Part shown: positions 36,267 to 47,300 of the stretch, piece by piece
Position numbering within the stretch: the stretch's first letter is position 1
Layout: every line of letters starts with the position of its first letter
From: a virus
IMG/VR virus record: IMGVR_UViG_3300034101_001322
Coordinates: 1 to 64,000 of that record
Length of the DNA: 64,000 bases
Direction: 5' to 3' (one strand)
Notes under the pieces: generated by a model
Told to the model about the DNA's origin: nothing
Database searches by the model: none
The model's input: only the letters and a program-made list of their open reading frames with translations
Program-made: the position numbers and the translations under genes

Positions 36267-39200
36267 ATGGCTGATGTAAATGCTAATATTGGCGTACATA
36301 TTGATACGTCAGCGGCACTGGCAGAACTTAAAAACTTACAGCGTCAATTAGCGACATTTCATTCATCTGTAGCAAAGAATAGTGCAGCCTCAGCAGCAGC
36401 ACAAAAGAATCTACAGACAAACCTTTTAAATTCTATCAATGCCACTGGCAAATTTTCTGCCCAAATGGGGTTGGTAAGAACTTCAACGGAGTCGTTTACT
36501 CACGCACTGGAGAAAAATAAACTCTCTATGCGTGAGTATTTCCGTTATGCAGGCGGATCTACTAGAACATTCGGAAAGTTATTTAAGCAAGAGTTTGACA
36601 CAATTGGCAAGGTAGCCGAAGAGCGTGTCAAGAAGATGCAGACCCAATATATCAAGATGGGTCGTGACGCATCTGGTGCAATGAAGGCTATGGCAATTAC
36701 GCCAAGATCATTGGACATGAATGACTATGCTACTAAGACAGCCTTAGCAGCACAAAAGCAAGCACTATTTAATCAGTTAGTTAGACAAGGTTCTACTAAC
36801 CTTCTAAACTTTGGTAAGAACACTCAGTGGGCTGGTCGTCAGTTGATGGTTGGCTTTACTGTACCTCTTGCATATTTTGGTACCGCAGCAGCAAAAACAT
36901 TTATGGACCTTGAAACACAGGCTATTAAGTTTAGACGTGTTTATGGCGATATGTTTACAACAACAGATGAAACAACTAAGGCTCTTAGTGATATTGAAAA
37001 GATAGCAAAAGAATTTACAAAATATGGTGTTGCTGCTGTTAAAACCATGGAACTTGCATCTCAGGCTGCTGCGATGGGTAAAACAGGTGCAGAACTTACA
37101 GCCCAGGTTGTAGAAGCAAATAGACTTGCAGTCCTTGGCGGGGTAGAGCAAACAGAAGCACTAGAGACAACTATCTCAGTAACAAATGCATTTGGTATTG
37201 CAGCAGAAGACTTAGCAAATAAAATTAACTTTCTTAACGCAGTTGAAAACCAGACAGTTACAAGTATTGAAGATCTAACAATTGCTATTCCAAAGGCTGG
37301 ACCAGTTGTAAAGCAACTTGGCGGTACAGTAGAAGATCTAGCCTTCTTCCTTACAGCAATGAAGGAAGGCGGAATCAATGCATCAGAAGGTGCTAACGCA
37401 CTCAAGTCTGGTCTTGCATCTTTAATTAACCCAACTAAAAAAGCATCAGCAATGCTCCAAGACTATGGCATTAACATTAAGGCAATCGTTGAAGGTAATC
37501 AGGGAAATGTTAGACAGACTGTAATTGATTTTTCTAGAGCACTAGATACACTAGATCCACTAAACCGTGCTCGTGCAATTGAACAACTGTTTGGTAAGTT
37601 CCAGTTCTCACGTTTGTCAACACTATTCCAGAACGTAACAAAAGATGGAACACAGGCAAGCAAGGTTTTAGGGCTTGCTGGAGCATCTATTGAACAACTT
37701 GCAATCTTGTCAGAGCGAGAATTAAAAACTGTAGAAGACTCAGTTGGAGTTCAGTTTAAGTCTGCAGTAGAAGAATTAAAGTTAGCAATTGCTCCAATAG
37801 GAAAAACATTCTTAGAAGCAGTAACCCCAATTGTTAAGGTTATTGGAAATCTTCTTGAAAAGTTTAACGGTCTTGGAGATGGCACAAAGAAGTTTATAGT
37901 TATTGCATCAACTCTTGTTGGTATTATTGGACCTACACTATTGATGACATTTGGTCTTGTTGCTAACGGTGTAGCAAACATTATCAAGATGTTCCTAGCA
38001 ATGCGTATTGGATTCTTAAAACTTGGTGGAAACTCAAAGGTTCTTGCACAGCAAACAGGTTATTTAAATACTGAACAGATGGAAGCAGCAACTGTTGCAG
38101 CATCTCTAAATCAAGCACACACAAGATTAACTCAATCATTTACAGCAGAAACATCAGCAGTTAGATTATTGCGTCAAGCATATATTGATGCTACCGTAGC
38201 AGCAGCAAACTTTGCTAGAGCAAATCCAGGCATGATGATGCCAGGCAAGGGTGGTGCCCCAAAGAAGGGAGCAGCACCAAAGAAGTTTGCAACAGGAACA
38301 ACTGGACTACCAGGACCAAAGGGAGCGGGAGATATTATTCCTATCCTTGGTGCACCTGGAGAAGCAATTATTCCAGCAAACGTTGCACAAGATGATAGAT
38401 TTAAACCAATTATTGATGCAATGGTTAATGGAAATCTACAAGGTTTTGAAGAAGGAACAGTAAATTTAGGTGGTAAAACATTTACAACACGAAGCCAGTC
38501 TACTGCTCTAAATCTTCAGAACAAGATTTCTGAATTAATTTCTAAGGGATATTCAGAAGATAGAATTATCAAAGCATTAGAAACAAATGTTCAGCGTGGT
38601 CGTCCAATGACTGCATCACAACTTGAAAGAAGATTGTCAATTGGTCGTGGTGCTTCAACTGGATCATCTGCACCTTCATCTATTAGATCTCTTGCCAAGC
38701 AGTCTCAATCAGGATTTATGCAAGAAACCAATGCAATTAAGGAAGCACTTAAGCGCCAAGGAGTAGTATTAACACCAGCACAAGAAAAGAATTTGTTTAA
38801 TGTTCAGGCTTCTCATATTGAAGAAGTTAGAAATGCTGGAGTAAAAGAGTGGAAAACTAACAACCTTGTTGCAGATCTTGGATATGTTAATAATTATCTT
38901 AATACTGTAAAGGGTAAACTTGGTCAGACTCTTATGGGAATGTCTGATGAACAACTTAAGTCTATGGGCATTGATAGAAATGAACTTAAAAAACTTCAGT
39001 CTGGAACACACCCAACAAATGCAAGAGCAGCAGAAACACTACGTGCAGTTGCTAGATACGATGCATCGATTAATCCAAACTCATATCAAGCAAGGGCTGT
39101 TCTGGCTGGTTTAGAATATCGCTCAAAGAGCAATTTCTATTCTCAACCAATGAAGACTTTGGCTGACATGGTTGTATCAAAGGGCAAGAAGACTAAGAGC

Positions 39201-42200
39201 GGTGTTGTTGATGGTCAAACAGGAAGAGCAAAGTCTCCAGCAGTAAGTGTATCTGGTGGAGGTGTTGGAGACCGTCGTCAAGTTGCAGTTGGCAAGGGCG
39301 AAACAATTCTTAATAAGAAAACAACCACTGCTATTCGTGGTGGAAGAGCAGCGTTTATTCCAGGACTTGGAAGACTAAGAATTGCTGGAGCAGAAGATGG
39401 TATTCCTACTGGTCAAAAGACAGGAAGCACTACTGTTGGAGCGGTATCACAATCAGCACAACTATCAAGAGCACAGTTAATTGCTGCAACAGAAAGAATA
39501 AGTTTAAAGGAAGCAAAGCGTCGCATTGCTGCAGAGGGTAGACTAGCGAATGCAATGGATGATTCTACAAAGGCTCAAATTACAACAAAAGAAAAACTAT
39601 CAGAGTTTAGTAAAAAAGCAGGAATGGGCATAGGCGCAGTATCTGGTCTTACAATAGCAGCATCTTTTGCTGGTGGTAAAGTTGGAGAGATGGCTCAAGC
39701 CATAATGCCATTTGTATTTGGTCTTCAAGGAATTATAACTTTACTTCCATTACTTGCAAACCCTTGGGTTGCAGCCATTGCTGCTATTGCAGCAGTTGGT
39801 GGAGTAATGTGGAAGATGGCTAAAGATGTTGAAAAGGCTAGACAGGCTGGAGTTGATCTTGCTAAGTCTATGAACATGACATCTGAAAAATTACAAAACC
39901 TTTCAGTTCTTACGGCAACAGTTAGTGCTACTGAAGAAGCAGATAGAAAACGACAAAACATTCTTACTGGCGAAGATGCTGTTCAAAGAAAGTTTGGTCA
40001 AAATATTCTTGGTAGTGAATTTGGCAAGGGTCTTATGGCTGACATTGAGAAGCAAGCAAAATCTGGTCAGGGTATTCAAGAAATTGGAAGAAATATTTCT
40101 AATAGTCTTGCCTATGCAATCGTACAAGGTGTAATAACAACCGATCAAGCAAAAAGCATATCTTCTGCACTTGGTGAAGAATTAAAGAGTTATGAGATTC
40201 CAGCAATCATTAGTGGAAGATTGACAACTTTACTTGGACCAAATGGTGAAAATCTAGCAACAGACCCGCTAAAGATTACTCTTGCAATTCAAGAAGAGTC
40301 TATGCAAAGACAGGCTGATTTCTTTAAGACTGCTTTAGAAGGCTCCATGAGCACGGTTACATTTACAAATGTTGGACAGGTTATTGGTGGAGGAATTACC
40401 GCTGCTGTTGGAGGACTTATGGCAGCAGCAGGAGTTCCAGCACTTGCAGCAGGTGGAGTTCCAGGTGCTGGTATGTTGGCTGGTGGAACTGCTTTAGCAG
40501 GTGTAGGTGCAGCAAATGTAAGGGCTGGTCTATCAGATCAAAATCAAAGAAGAGAAGTAAATGCTAATCTTGGTGCAGCAGCACTTCAACTTGGACTAGA
40601 GCAAGTAACAATGAATAATGGTTTAGTTGATTCACTTAACAAGCAATATGACATTAAAGTTAAAATGGCTAAAACAGATGCAGAAATTGAAGAGATTGAA
40701 AAGAAAAGAACTGCAGCACTTGATACACTTAATGCAAAAAATGCAGAAGCGCTAAATCTTCTTATTGCACAAAAAGATAATTTTGGTGCTGATGTATTTA
40801 CAAAGGGAATTAATGCAGCAATAGATACACTTTACAAAGATGGACCAATGAAGGTTTTTGCTGATGAAGCAAAGAAAGAACTAGAAGGAATTAAAGACGC
40901 AGACTTTAAAGCAATGCTTCAGGTTCAATTTGCTAGCGGATCTATTGATCCAATAACAGTTACAAAACTTGCTAATAATGAAGAATTACAAAGTCAGTTT
41001 ACAATAATGGTTGAAAGCCAAGGTAGTGAGCAGGCAAACCTAGTAATGCAACTACTTATGAAGGCGGGAACAAATGAAACCAACCTTCCAATCTTTATGG
41101 ACATTATAAATAAAGATAAAAAGAATTTTGATAAAAATATGAAGGCAATAGCAATTCTTGGTAATATGCAACAAAAGTATGGCATATCCGTTAACATGAA
41201 TGTTAATGGTCAAAAGAAAATGGAAGATGTCGTTAAGATTACTGAAGATCTTAAGGGTATTTCTCAAGAAGAAATAACCAAAGAAGGATTGCTTGATCTT
41301 AAAGTAAAGGATCCTGCAACTTATAATGCACTTATGGCTAACTGGAATACTTTGGTTGGAACATCAAGTACAATTAATAAAACTGTAATTATTGACTTTG
41401 TTGCTTCACAAGATGAAAATACTGTAAATGCATATATGGCTGCTATGGGCATTACTGCTCCAAAGGGTAGACTGGGTGCAACACTTCGTAAAGGACTTGA
41501 AGAAAAAGCAGCGGCATGGAAAATTGGAAGACAAGGTAGAGTTACTCCCAACCCTATCCCTGGAGGAACTGGTGGCGGTGGAGATACAGGATCTAAGTCA
41601 AGAGATACAACACTTGATGATCTTTTGAACAGACTAAAGATGACAAGAAAAGCATCTATAAATGCTGCAGGTGGACTTGATGAATTGATGAAGCGCACAA
41701 AGGGTAAGGGTTTGACAAACTTTGGCGGAGTAATAAATAACCTCATGAACCAGTCTCCTGGCAGAATAAATAGAGAGTTCCTTGATTTTATTTCACAAAT
41801 GGATGATAAAACACGTAAAACATATCTAACTATTAAAGATGGAAAGGCTGTTCTTACAGCGCAAGGCAAGGCTCTTAAAGAAGGATTTGATGAAGCAGCA
41901 ATTGGTGATTATCTAACAACACAAACAAAGAGTCTTGATACTACAAAGGCTCAGGAAAGTGCTTTTAACAAGTTAAGGGCTGCTGGAGTAGGCACAGCAC
42001 AAGCAATTGAAATGGTTTCAGATGAACTGCTTGCAGTAGCCATCAATGGGAAAGACATTGATTCTAGAGAATTAAAAGTCATGGCAGACACTGCTAAGGC
42101 AGCAGCAGATGCTGCAAAAGACTTACAACAAAATTTAAACATGCAAACACGTCAAGGAAGGTTTGCAATCTTTAAGGAGTCTTTCAATGAAGCCATGGAT

Positions 42201-43721
42201 TATTTTGATGCACAGGAAGAACTTGTAAGACAACAAAGAGAAGCAACACCAGAATTTAAGGCTATAAATGCTGAGATAGATGCTCAGACCGCTGCAATTG
42301 ATGCAGCAGAAAAGGTAATCACTGATTATCAAAATAAGATTGGCGACTTACAGTATGACCTTGAAAACAACACTGTCTATGGAAGTCGAGTAATTGATAA
42401 TCTTAATGCACAGATTGACACACTAGGTAGAACTGCTGAAATTGATTTTGATAGACCACTTGCAGCACTAAGCGAAGAGTCTGCAATTATCTCAAACACA
42501 CTTGGACTTATTGATAAAGCAGAAGAAGAGATTAATAAAAAGTATGATGCTCAAGAGCAAGCATTATCTAAGATTTCTCAACTTAACTCAGAGATTGCAG
42601 CACAAGAAAAACAAAGACTTACACTTGCAGATGCACTAAGCCAAGGAGATATTTCTGCAGCAGCAGCAGCCGCTCAGGAAATGAGAGCAACTGCAGCAGA
42701 GGCTGCAACAAGAAGATCATCTGGAACCCTTGCCGCAGCAAGAGAGTCAGAGTTGGGTACCGTAACTGTAAATGGAATGACAAGAATTCAAATTGAAGAG
42801 CGTCAGTTCCAAATAGGACAGCAAACATTTGCTTTAGAACAACAACGTAAGGTAATTGAACAACAAATTTTATCTATTCAAGATCAAATTTATGCAAAAG
42901 AACTTTTGCGTGAACCAATTAACAGACAGATTAGAGACTATCAGTTTGAAATTGAAAAAACTCAGCGTAACTCACTTGAGCCTGCACAGCAGGCTCTTGA
43001 AAAAGCAACATTTGCAAAAGAGCAGTATCAAAAACAAACAGAATCAATTATTAAAACTTTTGAATATTTAGGTAAATCAAAAGACGAATGGATTACGATA
43101 AATGTAGAAGCAACTGCTGTTGAAAAAAGTGCAGATGCTATTGAAAAGTCAACTGCTAAATCTGCTACAAATACTGCTGCAATTCTGGAATCTTGGGAAA
43201 AGTTAAAAGATAAAACAATTACACTTACAGAAAAGATTAATAGAATAGTTACAACAACTAATATAGTTACTACTGTTTATGCTCCTGGCAGTACCCCACC
43301 ACCTGGTGGTCTTACTACAAAAATGTACGGTGGAGTAATTAAGAAGATGGCAGTTGGTGGCTTTGTTCCAGGAATTGGAATGACAGATAAGGTTCCTACG
43401 CTGTTAACACCAGGTGAGTTTGTTGTTAATAAGGCTGCTACAAAGCAGTTTGGTCCACTTCTGTCAGATATTAATAATTCTAAATTCCCATCAATGGTTA
43501 ATGAATTAACTCCCGCAGTCTATTCATCTAATAATTCATCTATATTTACACCAAATATTATTTCAAATAATGCATCTCTGTCAGATAACTCCAGCACCAT
43601 GTATAATTATAATATTGGAATAACTGTTCCACAAACAAATGCAAGTTCTGACGATATTGCTAGATCAGTAATCAGTCAGATTAGACATGTTGACGCACAA
43701 AGAATTAGAGGACAAAGGTAA
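36267..43721 (+). CDS. tail tape measure protein
   Basis: 2484 aa helical Ala-rich, TP901-like core, TM-like segments, PGEFVVNK motifs. Confidence 0.9.
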   Translation: MADVNANIGVHIDTSAALAELKNLQRQLATFHSSVAKNSAASAAAQKNLQTNLLNSINATGKFSAQMGLVRTSTESFTHALEKNKLSMREYFRYAGGSTRTFGKLFKQEFDTIGKVAEERVKKMQTQYIKMGRDASGAMKAMAITPRSLDMNDYATKTALAAQKQALFNQLVRQGSTNLLNFGKNTQWAGRQLMVGFTVPLAYFGTAAAKTFMDLETQAIKFRRVYGDMFTTTDETTKALSDIEKIAKEFTKYGVAAVKTMELASQAAAMGKTGAELTAQVVEANRLAVLGGVEQTEALETTISVTNAFGIAAEDLANKINFLNAVENQTVTSIEDLTIAIPKAGPVVKQLGGTVEDLAFFLTAMKEGGINASEGANALKSGLASLINPTKKASAMLQDYGINIKAIVEGNQGNVRQTVIDFSRALDTLDPLNRARAIEQLFGKFQFSRLSTLFQNVTKDGTQASKVLGLAGASIEQLAILSERELKTVEDSVGVQFKSAVEELKLAIAPIGKTFLEAVTPIVKVIGNLLEKFNGLGDGTKKFIVIASTLVGIIGPTLLMTFGLVANGVANIIKMFLAMRIGFLKLGGNSKVLAQQTGYLNTEQMEAATVAASLNQAHTRLTQSFTAETSAVRLLRQAYIDATVAAANFARANPGMMMPGKGGAPKKGAAPKKFATGTTGLPGPKGAGDIIPILGAPGEAIIPANVAQDDRFKPIIDAMVNGNLQGFEEGTVNLGGKTFTTRSQSTALNLQNKISELISKGYSEDRIIKALETNVQRGRPMTASQLERRLSIGRGASTGSSAPSSIRSLAKQSQSGFMQETNAIKEALKRQGVVLTPAQEKNLFNVQASHIEEVRNAGVKEWKTNNLVADLGYVNNYLNTVKGKLGQTLMGMSDEQLKSMGIDRNELKKLQSGTHPTNARAAETLRAVARYDASINPNSYQARAVLAGLEYRSKSNFYSQPMKTLADMVVSKGKKTKSGVVDGQTGRAKSPAVSVSGGGVGDRRQVAVGKGETILNKKTTTAIRGGRAAFIPGLGRLRIAGAEDGIPTGQKTGSTTVGAVSQSAQLSRAQLIAATERISLKEAKRRIAAEGRLANAMDDSTKAQITTKEKLSEFSKKAGMGIGAVSGLTIAASFAGGKVGEMAQAIMPFVFGLQGIITLLPLLANPWVAAIAAIAAVGGVMWKMAKDVEKARQAGVDLAKSMNMTSEKLQNLSVLTATVSATEEADRKRQNILTGEDAVQRKFGQNILGSEFGKGLMADIEKQAKSGQGIQEIGRNISNSLAYAIVQGVITTDQAKSISSALGEELKSYEIPAIISGRLTTLLGPNGENLATDPLKITLAIQEESMQRQADFFKTALEGSMSTVTFTNVGQVIGGGITAAVGGLMAAAGVPALAAGGVPGAGMLAGGTALAGVGAANVRAGLSDQNQRREVNANLGAAALQLGLEQVTMNNGLVDSLNKQYDIKVKMAKTDAEIEEIEKKRTAALDTLNAKNAEALNLLIAQKDNFGADVFTKGINAAIDTLYKDGPMKVFADEAKKELEGIKDADFKAMLQVQFASGSIDPITVTKLANNEELQSQFTIMVESQGSEQANLVMQLLMKAGTNETNLPIFMDIINKDKKNFDKNMKAIAILGNMQQKYGISVNMNVNGQKKMEDVVKITEDLKGISQEEITKEGLLDLKVKDPATYNALMANWNTLVGTSSTINKTVIIDFVASQDENTVNAYMAAMGITAPKGRLGATLRKGLEEKAAAWKIGRQGRVTPNPIPGGTGGGGDTGSKSRDTTLDDLLNRLKMTRKASINAAGGLDELMKRTKGKGLTNFGGVINNLMNQSPGRINREFLDFISQMDDKTRKTYLTIKDGKAVLTAQGKALKEGFDEAAIGDYLTTQTKSLDTTKAQESAFNKLRAAGVGTAQAIEMVSDELLAVAINGKDIDSRELKVMADTAKAAADAAKDLQQNLNMQTRQGRFAIFKESFNEAMDYFDAQEELVRQQREATPEFKAINAEIDAQTAAIDAAEKVITDYQNKIGDLQYDLENNTVYGSRVIDNLNAQIDTLGRTAEIDFDRPLAALSEESAIISNTLGLIDKAEEEINKKYDAQEQALSKISQLNSEIAAQEKQRLTLADALSQGDISAAAAAAQEMRATAAEAATRRSSGTLAAARESELGTVTVNGMTRIQIEERQFQIGQQTFALEQQRKVIEQQILSIQDQIYAKELLREPINRQIRDYQFEIEKTQRNSLEPAQQALEKATFAKEQYQKQTESIIKTFEYLGKSKDEWITINVEATAVEKSADAIEKSTAKSATNTAAILESWEKLKDKTITLTEKINRIVTTTNIVTTVYAPGSTPPPGGLTTKMYGGVIKKMAVGGFVPGIGMTDKVPTLLTPGEFVVNKAATKQFGPLLSDINNSKFPSMVNELTPAVYSSNNSSIFTPNIISNNASLSDNSSTMYNYNIGITVPQTNASSDDIARSVISQIRHVDAQRIRGQR

Positions 43722-44362
43722 TGGCAACAGCAGCGTATTTAACAGGAAGACGTAGATACCAAAGACCACAGGCTCTGTTGTGGTCTGAGAATGCTGGAAC
43801 ATTGACAGATGGACTTTATGTACCAACAGGGTATGAAATAGGCGCAGATGCCCCAGAGGGGGCTAACGAAGCCCTTCTAGACCAGTTCTTAATCCTTTCA
43901 GATCATAATCGTGGGGAACTACAGTTTAGCCCAACTAGAATTGAGCAACGTCAAAGAACAATCAATGGCAGGATGAGGTCTTATCACATTGCAGATAAAC
44001 TAAATATGTCTCTTAATTGGACGAACCTTCCATCAAGAGGATACCATCTTCCAGCAGATTTTGATGATGAGACTGGAGCATCCGCCTATAAAAATGTTTC
44101 TGGTCAAGAATATACAACAGACGGCGGAGCAGGTGGAGTTGAACTATTAGATTGGTATGAGAACCACAAGGGTCCATTCTGGATGTTTTTGGCATACGAT
44201 AAGTATAATAATTTTGGTAAAGACAGTGCTGCATATGGTCACTTAGCGCAATACAATCAAATCATACAAGTGTATTTTGCAGACTTTAATTATACGGTTG
44301 TAAAACGTGGTGGGGGCAACCATGACCTTTGGAATATTTCGGTAACCTTGGAAGAGGTCTAA
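43721..44362 (+). CDS. distal tail protein
   Basis: follows tape measure; RIE.R.RT.NG.MRSY.IADK..W..LP. Confidence 0.65.
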   Translation: MATAAYLTGRRRYQRPQALLWSENAGTLTDGLYVPTGYEIGADAPEGANEALLDQFLILSDHNRGELQFSPTRIEQRQRTINGRMRSYHIADKLNMSLNWTNLPSRGYHLPADFDDETGASAYKNVSGQEYTTDGGAGGVELLDWYENHKGPFWMFLAYDKYNNFGKDSAAYGHLAQYNQIIQVYFADFNYTVVKRGGGNHDLWNISVTLEEV

Positions 44363-47300
44363 ATGTTTGTTAATGAAGCATTAAAGACACACCTAGAAAC
44401 ATCTTCAACAATTCGACTTCAGTCATTAGTTTTGGCTGAGTGGAATATGAATATGCCAGATAATATTTATAAGTTAGGTAATTACAGATATCGACCAACA
44501 GATACAACATCACAATATTTTACATTGCCAAATGACTTTGATCAGTTAGACGCTGGAAATTATTATACAAATGCAACAGATGCCGATGTAATAATCGATG
44601 GAGGTTTTACAAACTCCAACGTTCCACAGTTGTTTACATCTAAAAAAGATAAAATGAAAATGATTTATTCGCTAGAAGACTGCCTAAAACCTTTTAGACC
44701 TAGATCTGGAATTAATAAGGTATCATATTTTAATAATAGATTTTTGGCAAACTCAGGTGCTTCTATGGCACAACGTCCAAGATACTACATGGCTTCAAGG
44801 TATGATGAGTTTAAGTATTGGACATCTTACAGAACAGAAAATAATATTGAGCGGGGTATTGCAAAGAACATCTCTAATAACCTATATTACATAGACGATG
44901 CAGCACCATTTGTTGTTTATAAAGAAAACGTTCCAGCAAATAGACTTGTGGTTAAAATGCAGACAAATGTTGGTGACGTAGACCTGGGTCCTTTTACAAC
45001 AGCAACAACGTCTATCAGCGATCCATTATTTGCTTCAGCAAATAAGACAACCCCAACAAGATGGAAAATTCAATATTTAAATAATAATAGTTGGGTAGAC
45101 GCTTATTCTTTTAGAGAAACAGACACAAGAAGTTCTGGGGCACCAATTATTGGAACTGACGGATACGTAGAACTTGAGTACGGACTTATAATTCCAGAGG
45201 AATACATATCTTCATTTGTGTTTGCAGAAAGACTATCTTCTGATACTTTGCTTCCAGAAACAAGTATTGAAGGTTATGCTTATCTAGTTATAGAAAATGA
45301 AGGTGAGCGAGGAACTTTTTATATCTGGACAAATGGAGACTATGCAACTTTTGCACCAGAGTATGGTTGGAGCCTTGGATCTGAAGAGGTTGCAAACAAC
45401 ACAAACTTTATATCAGACCTGACATCTCCAGATTATTTTAATAATGACACCATTGGTGGAATAACCTACAGAGACTTTTCATACATTCGTGGAATTAGAG
45501 TAGTTGTAGATACCATGAATAAGTTTGACTCAACATTTGACCTTATTGAGATGTCTCCAAGACTTGCAGTAGATATATCAGATAAAGTAATTGACTTTAG
45601 AATTAACAAGACTCTTTCTGATATTGGAGTAACATCGATGCCAGTTGGACAACTCCTTGCTTCAAATGGTCAATTGTCTTTGTTTGATGATGACCAGGCT
45701 TTTAATCCAGAGAACTCAAACAGCATAATTGCAGACTATATAAGAAAAAATATTAAGTTTAACTTTTATGAAGTTGTAATTGATGTAGATGGATTTGATT
45801 ACTATGTTCCAATAAAAACATTATACTCAGAAGGATTTCCACAGGCAGATGCTACTGGCGGAACAGTGTCTATCGAACTTAGAGACTTCTTCTTCTTTTT
45901 AGAGTCAATGCCAGCACCAAGACTTTTAACAACCCAAGCATCTTTAAGTTATGCAATAACAACACTACTTGACTATATTGGTTTTACAAACTATGTATTT
46001 AGACGTGTTGATGGAGAATCTGATCCAGTAATTCCATTCTTTTTTATTGCTCCAGATCAAAACGTTGCACAGGTTTTAAACCAACTTGCCCTAGCCACAC
46101 AAACAGCAATGTTTTTTGACGAGTACAACAATTTTATTGTTATGAGCAAAGACTACTTAATGCCAACAGAGGCTCAGAGAACTACAGACTTTGTGCTTTC
46201 GGGTTCAAATAATCAAACAGATACAGGTGTTACAGAAAATGCATCTTCTGGCAATCTACCAAATATTTTATCAATAGCCTCACAAGATAAAAAGATTTAT
46301 AATGATGGAAAGATTAACTATACAGCCAGATATATTCAAAGATCTTATGGAACAATAAGGCAATCATCTATGATTGACCAAGAAAAAACTTGGATATACA
46401 AGCCAGCACTATTGTGGGAAGTTTCGGGAACTGAGGCTACTAAAAGCATAAATGAACTTGCTGCAAAGCAGGGTAGTTATGTTTTAGGAGCAATGCCATT
46501 AAACTCAAATTTATCAGCAACTCCACCAATTGTAGCAAACAACGTGGTAATAAATAATATTATGGACCTTGGAGAGAACGTTTATTGGTTAACTAGATAT
46601 CAAGGATATCTATATTCTAATGGTGAAATTATTAGGTATGATGCAGCGGAGTTTAATATTACTGGAACTGGAAATGTTTGGATATCAAGCAACCAGGAGT
46701 ATCAAAAGTATTTTGCATCTTTGCCATTTAATGGAAAGATTTACCCAACGGGTCTTATTCGCATATATTCTGTTCCCTATTATGAAGTAGTTGATGGAAT
46801 CACTAGACTACAAGGTGGGGCAGTAGTAGAGCATGGTCGTGCACAATTTGGAACAACAATTACAACACATACAGCAGGCATAGATAATTATTGGTCAAAC
46901 AATGAATATGTTCGTGGATGCAATATGCAGGCTGGACTTATGTTTACTACACAGTTAGATGAGGATGTTGTGTACCCGCCAACTACCATTGGAGCAGCAG
47001 GAGTAGACAATGTTCTTGCAAGACAGACAACTCGTAATGGTGTTATTAAAAACTTTATGGCAAACAATTACTTAACAGAAACACAGGTCAATAACTTAAA
47101 GAGTACTGAAAGTGGAACCATTCAATCTTCAGCACTTGTAATGAATGGTCCGTCATTTAAAACTACAGAAACTCCACTAAATTTTGTTTCTTACGTTTAT
47201 AAGCAATTAGACAACGCTTATAGGCATTTTGGAACTAGAATGCGTATTGTTGGTAAAGTTGAAAATAATGTAAGTAGAACTCAAACTCCTATTGGGTCTA

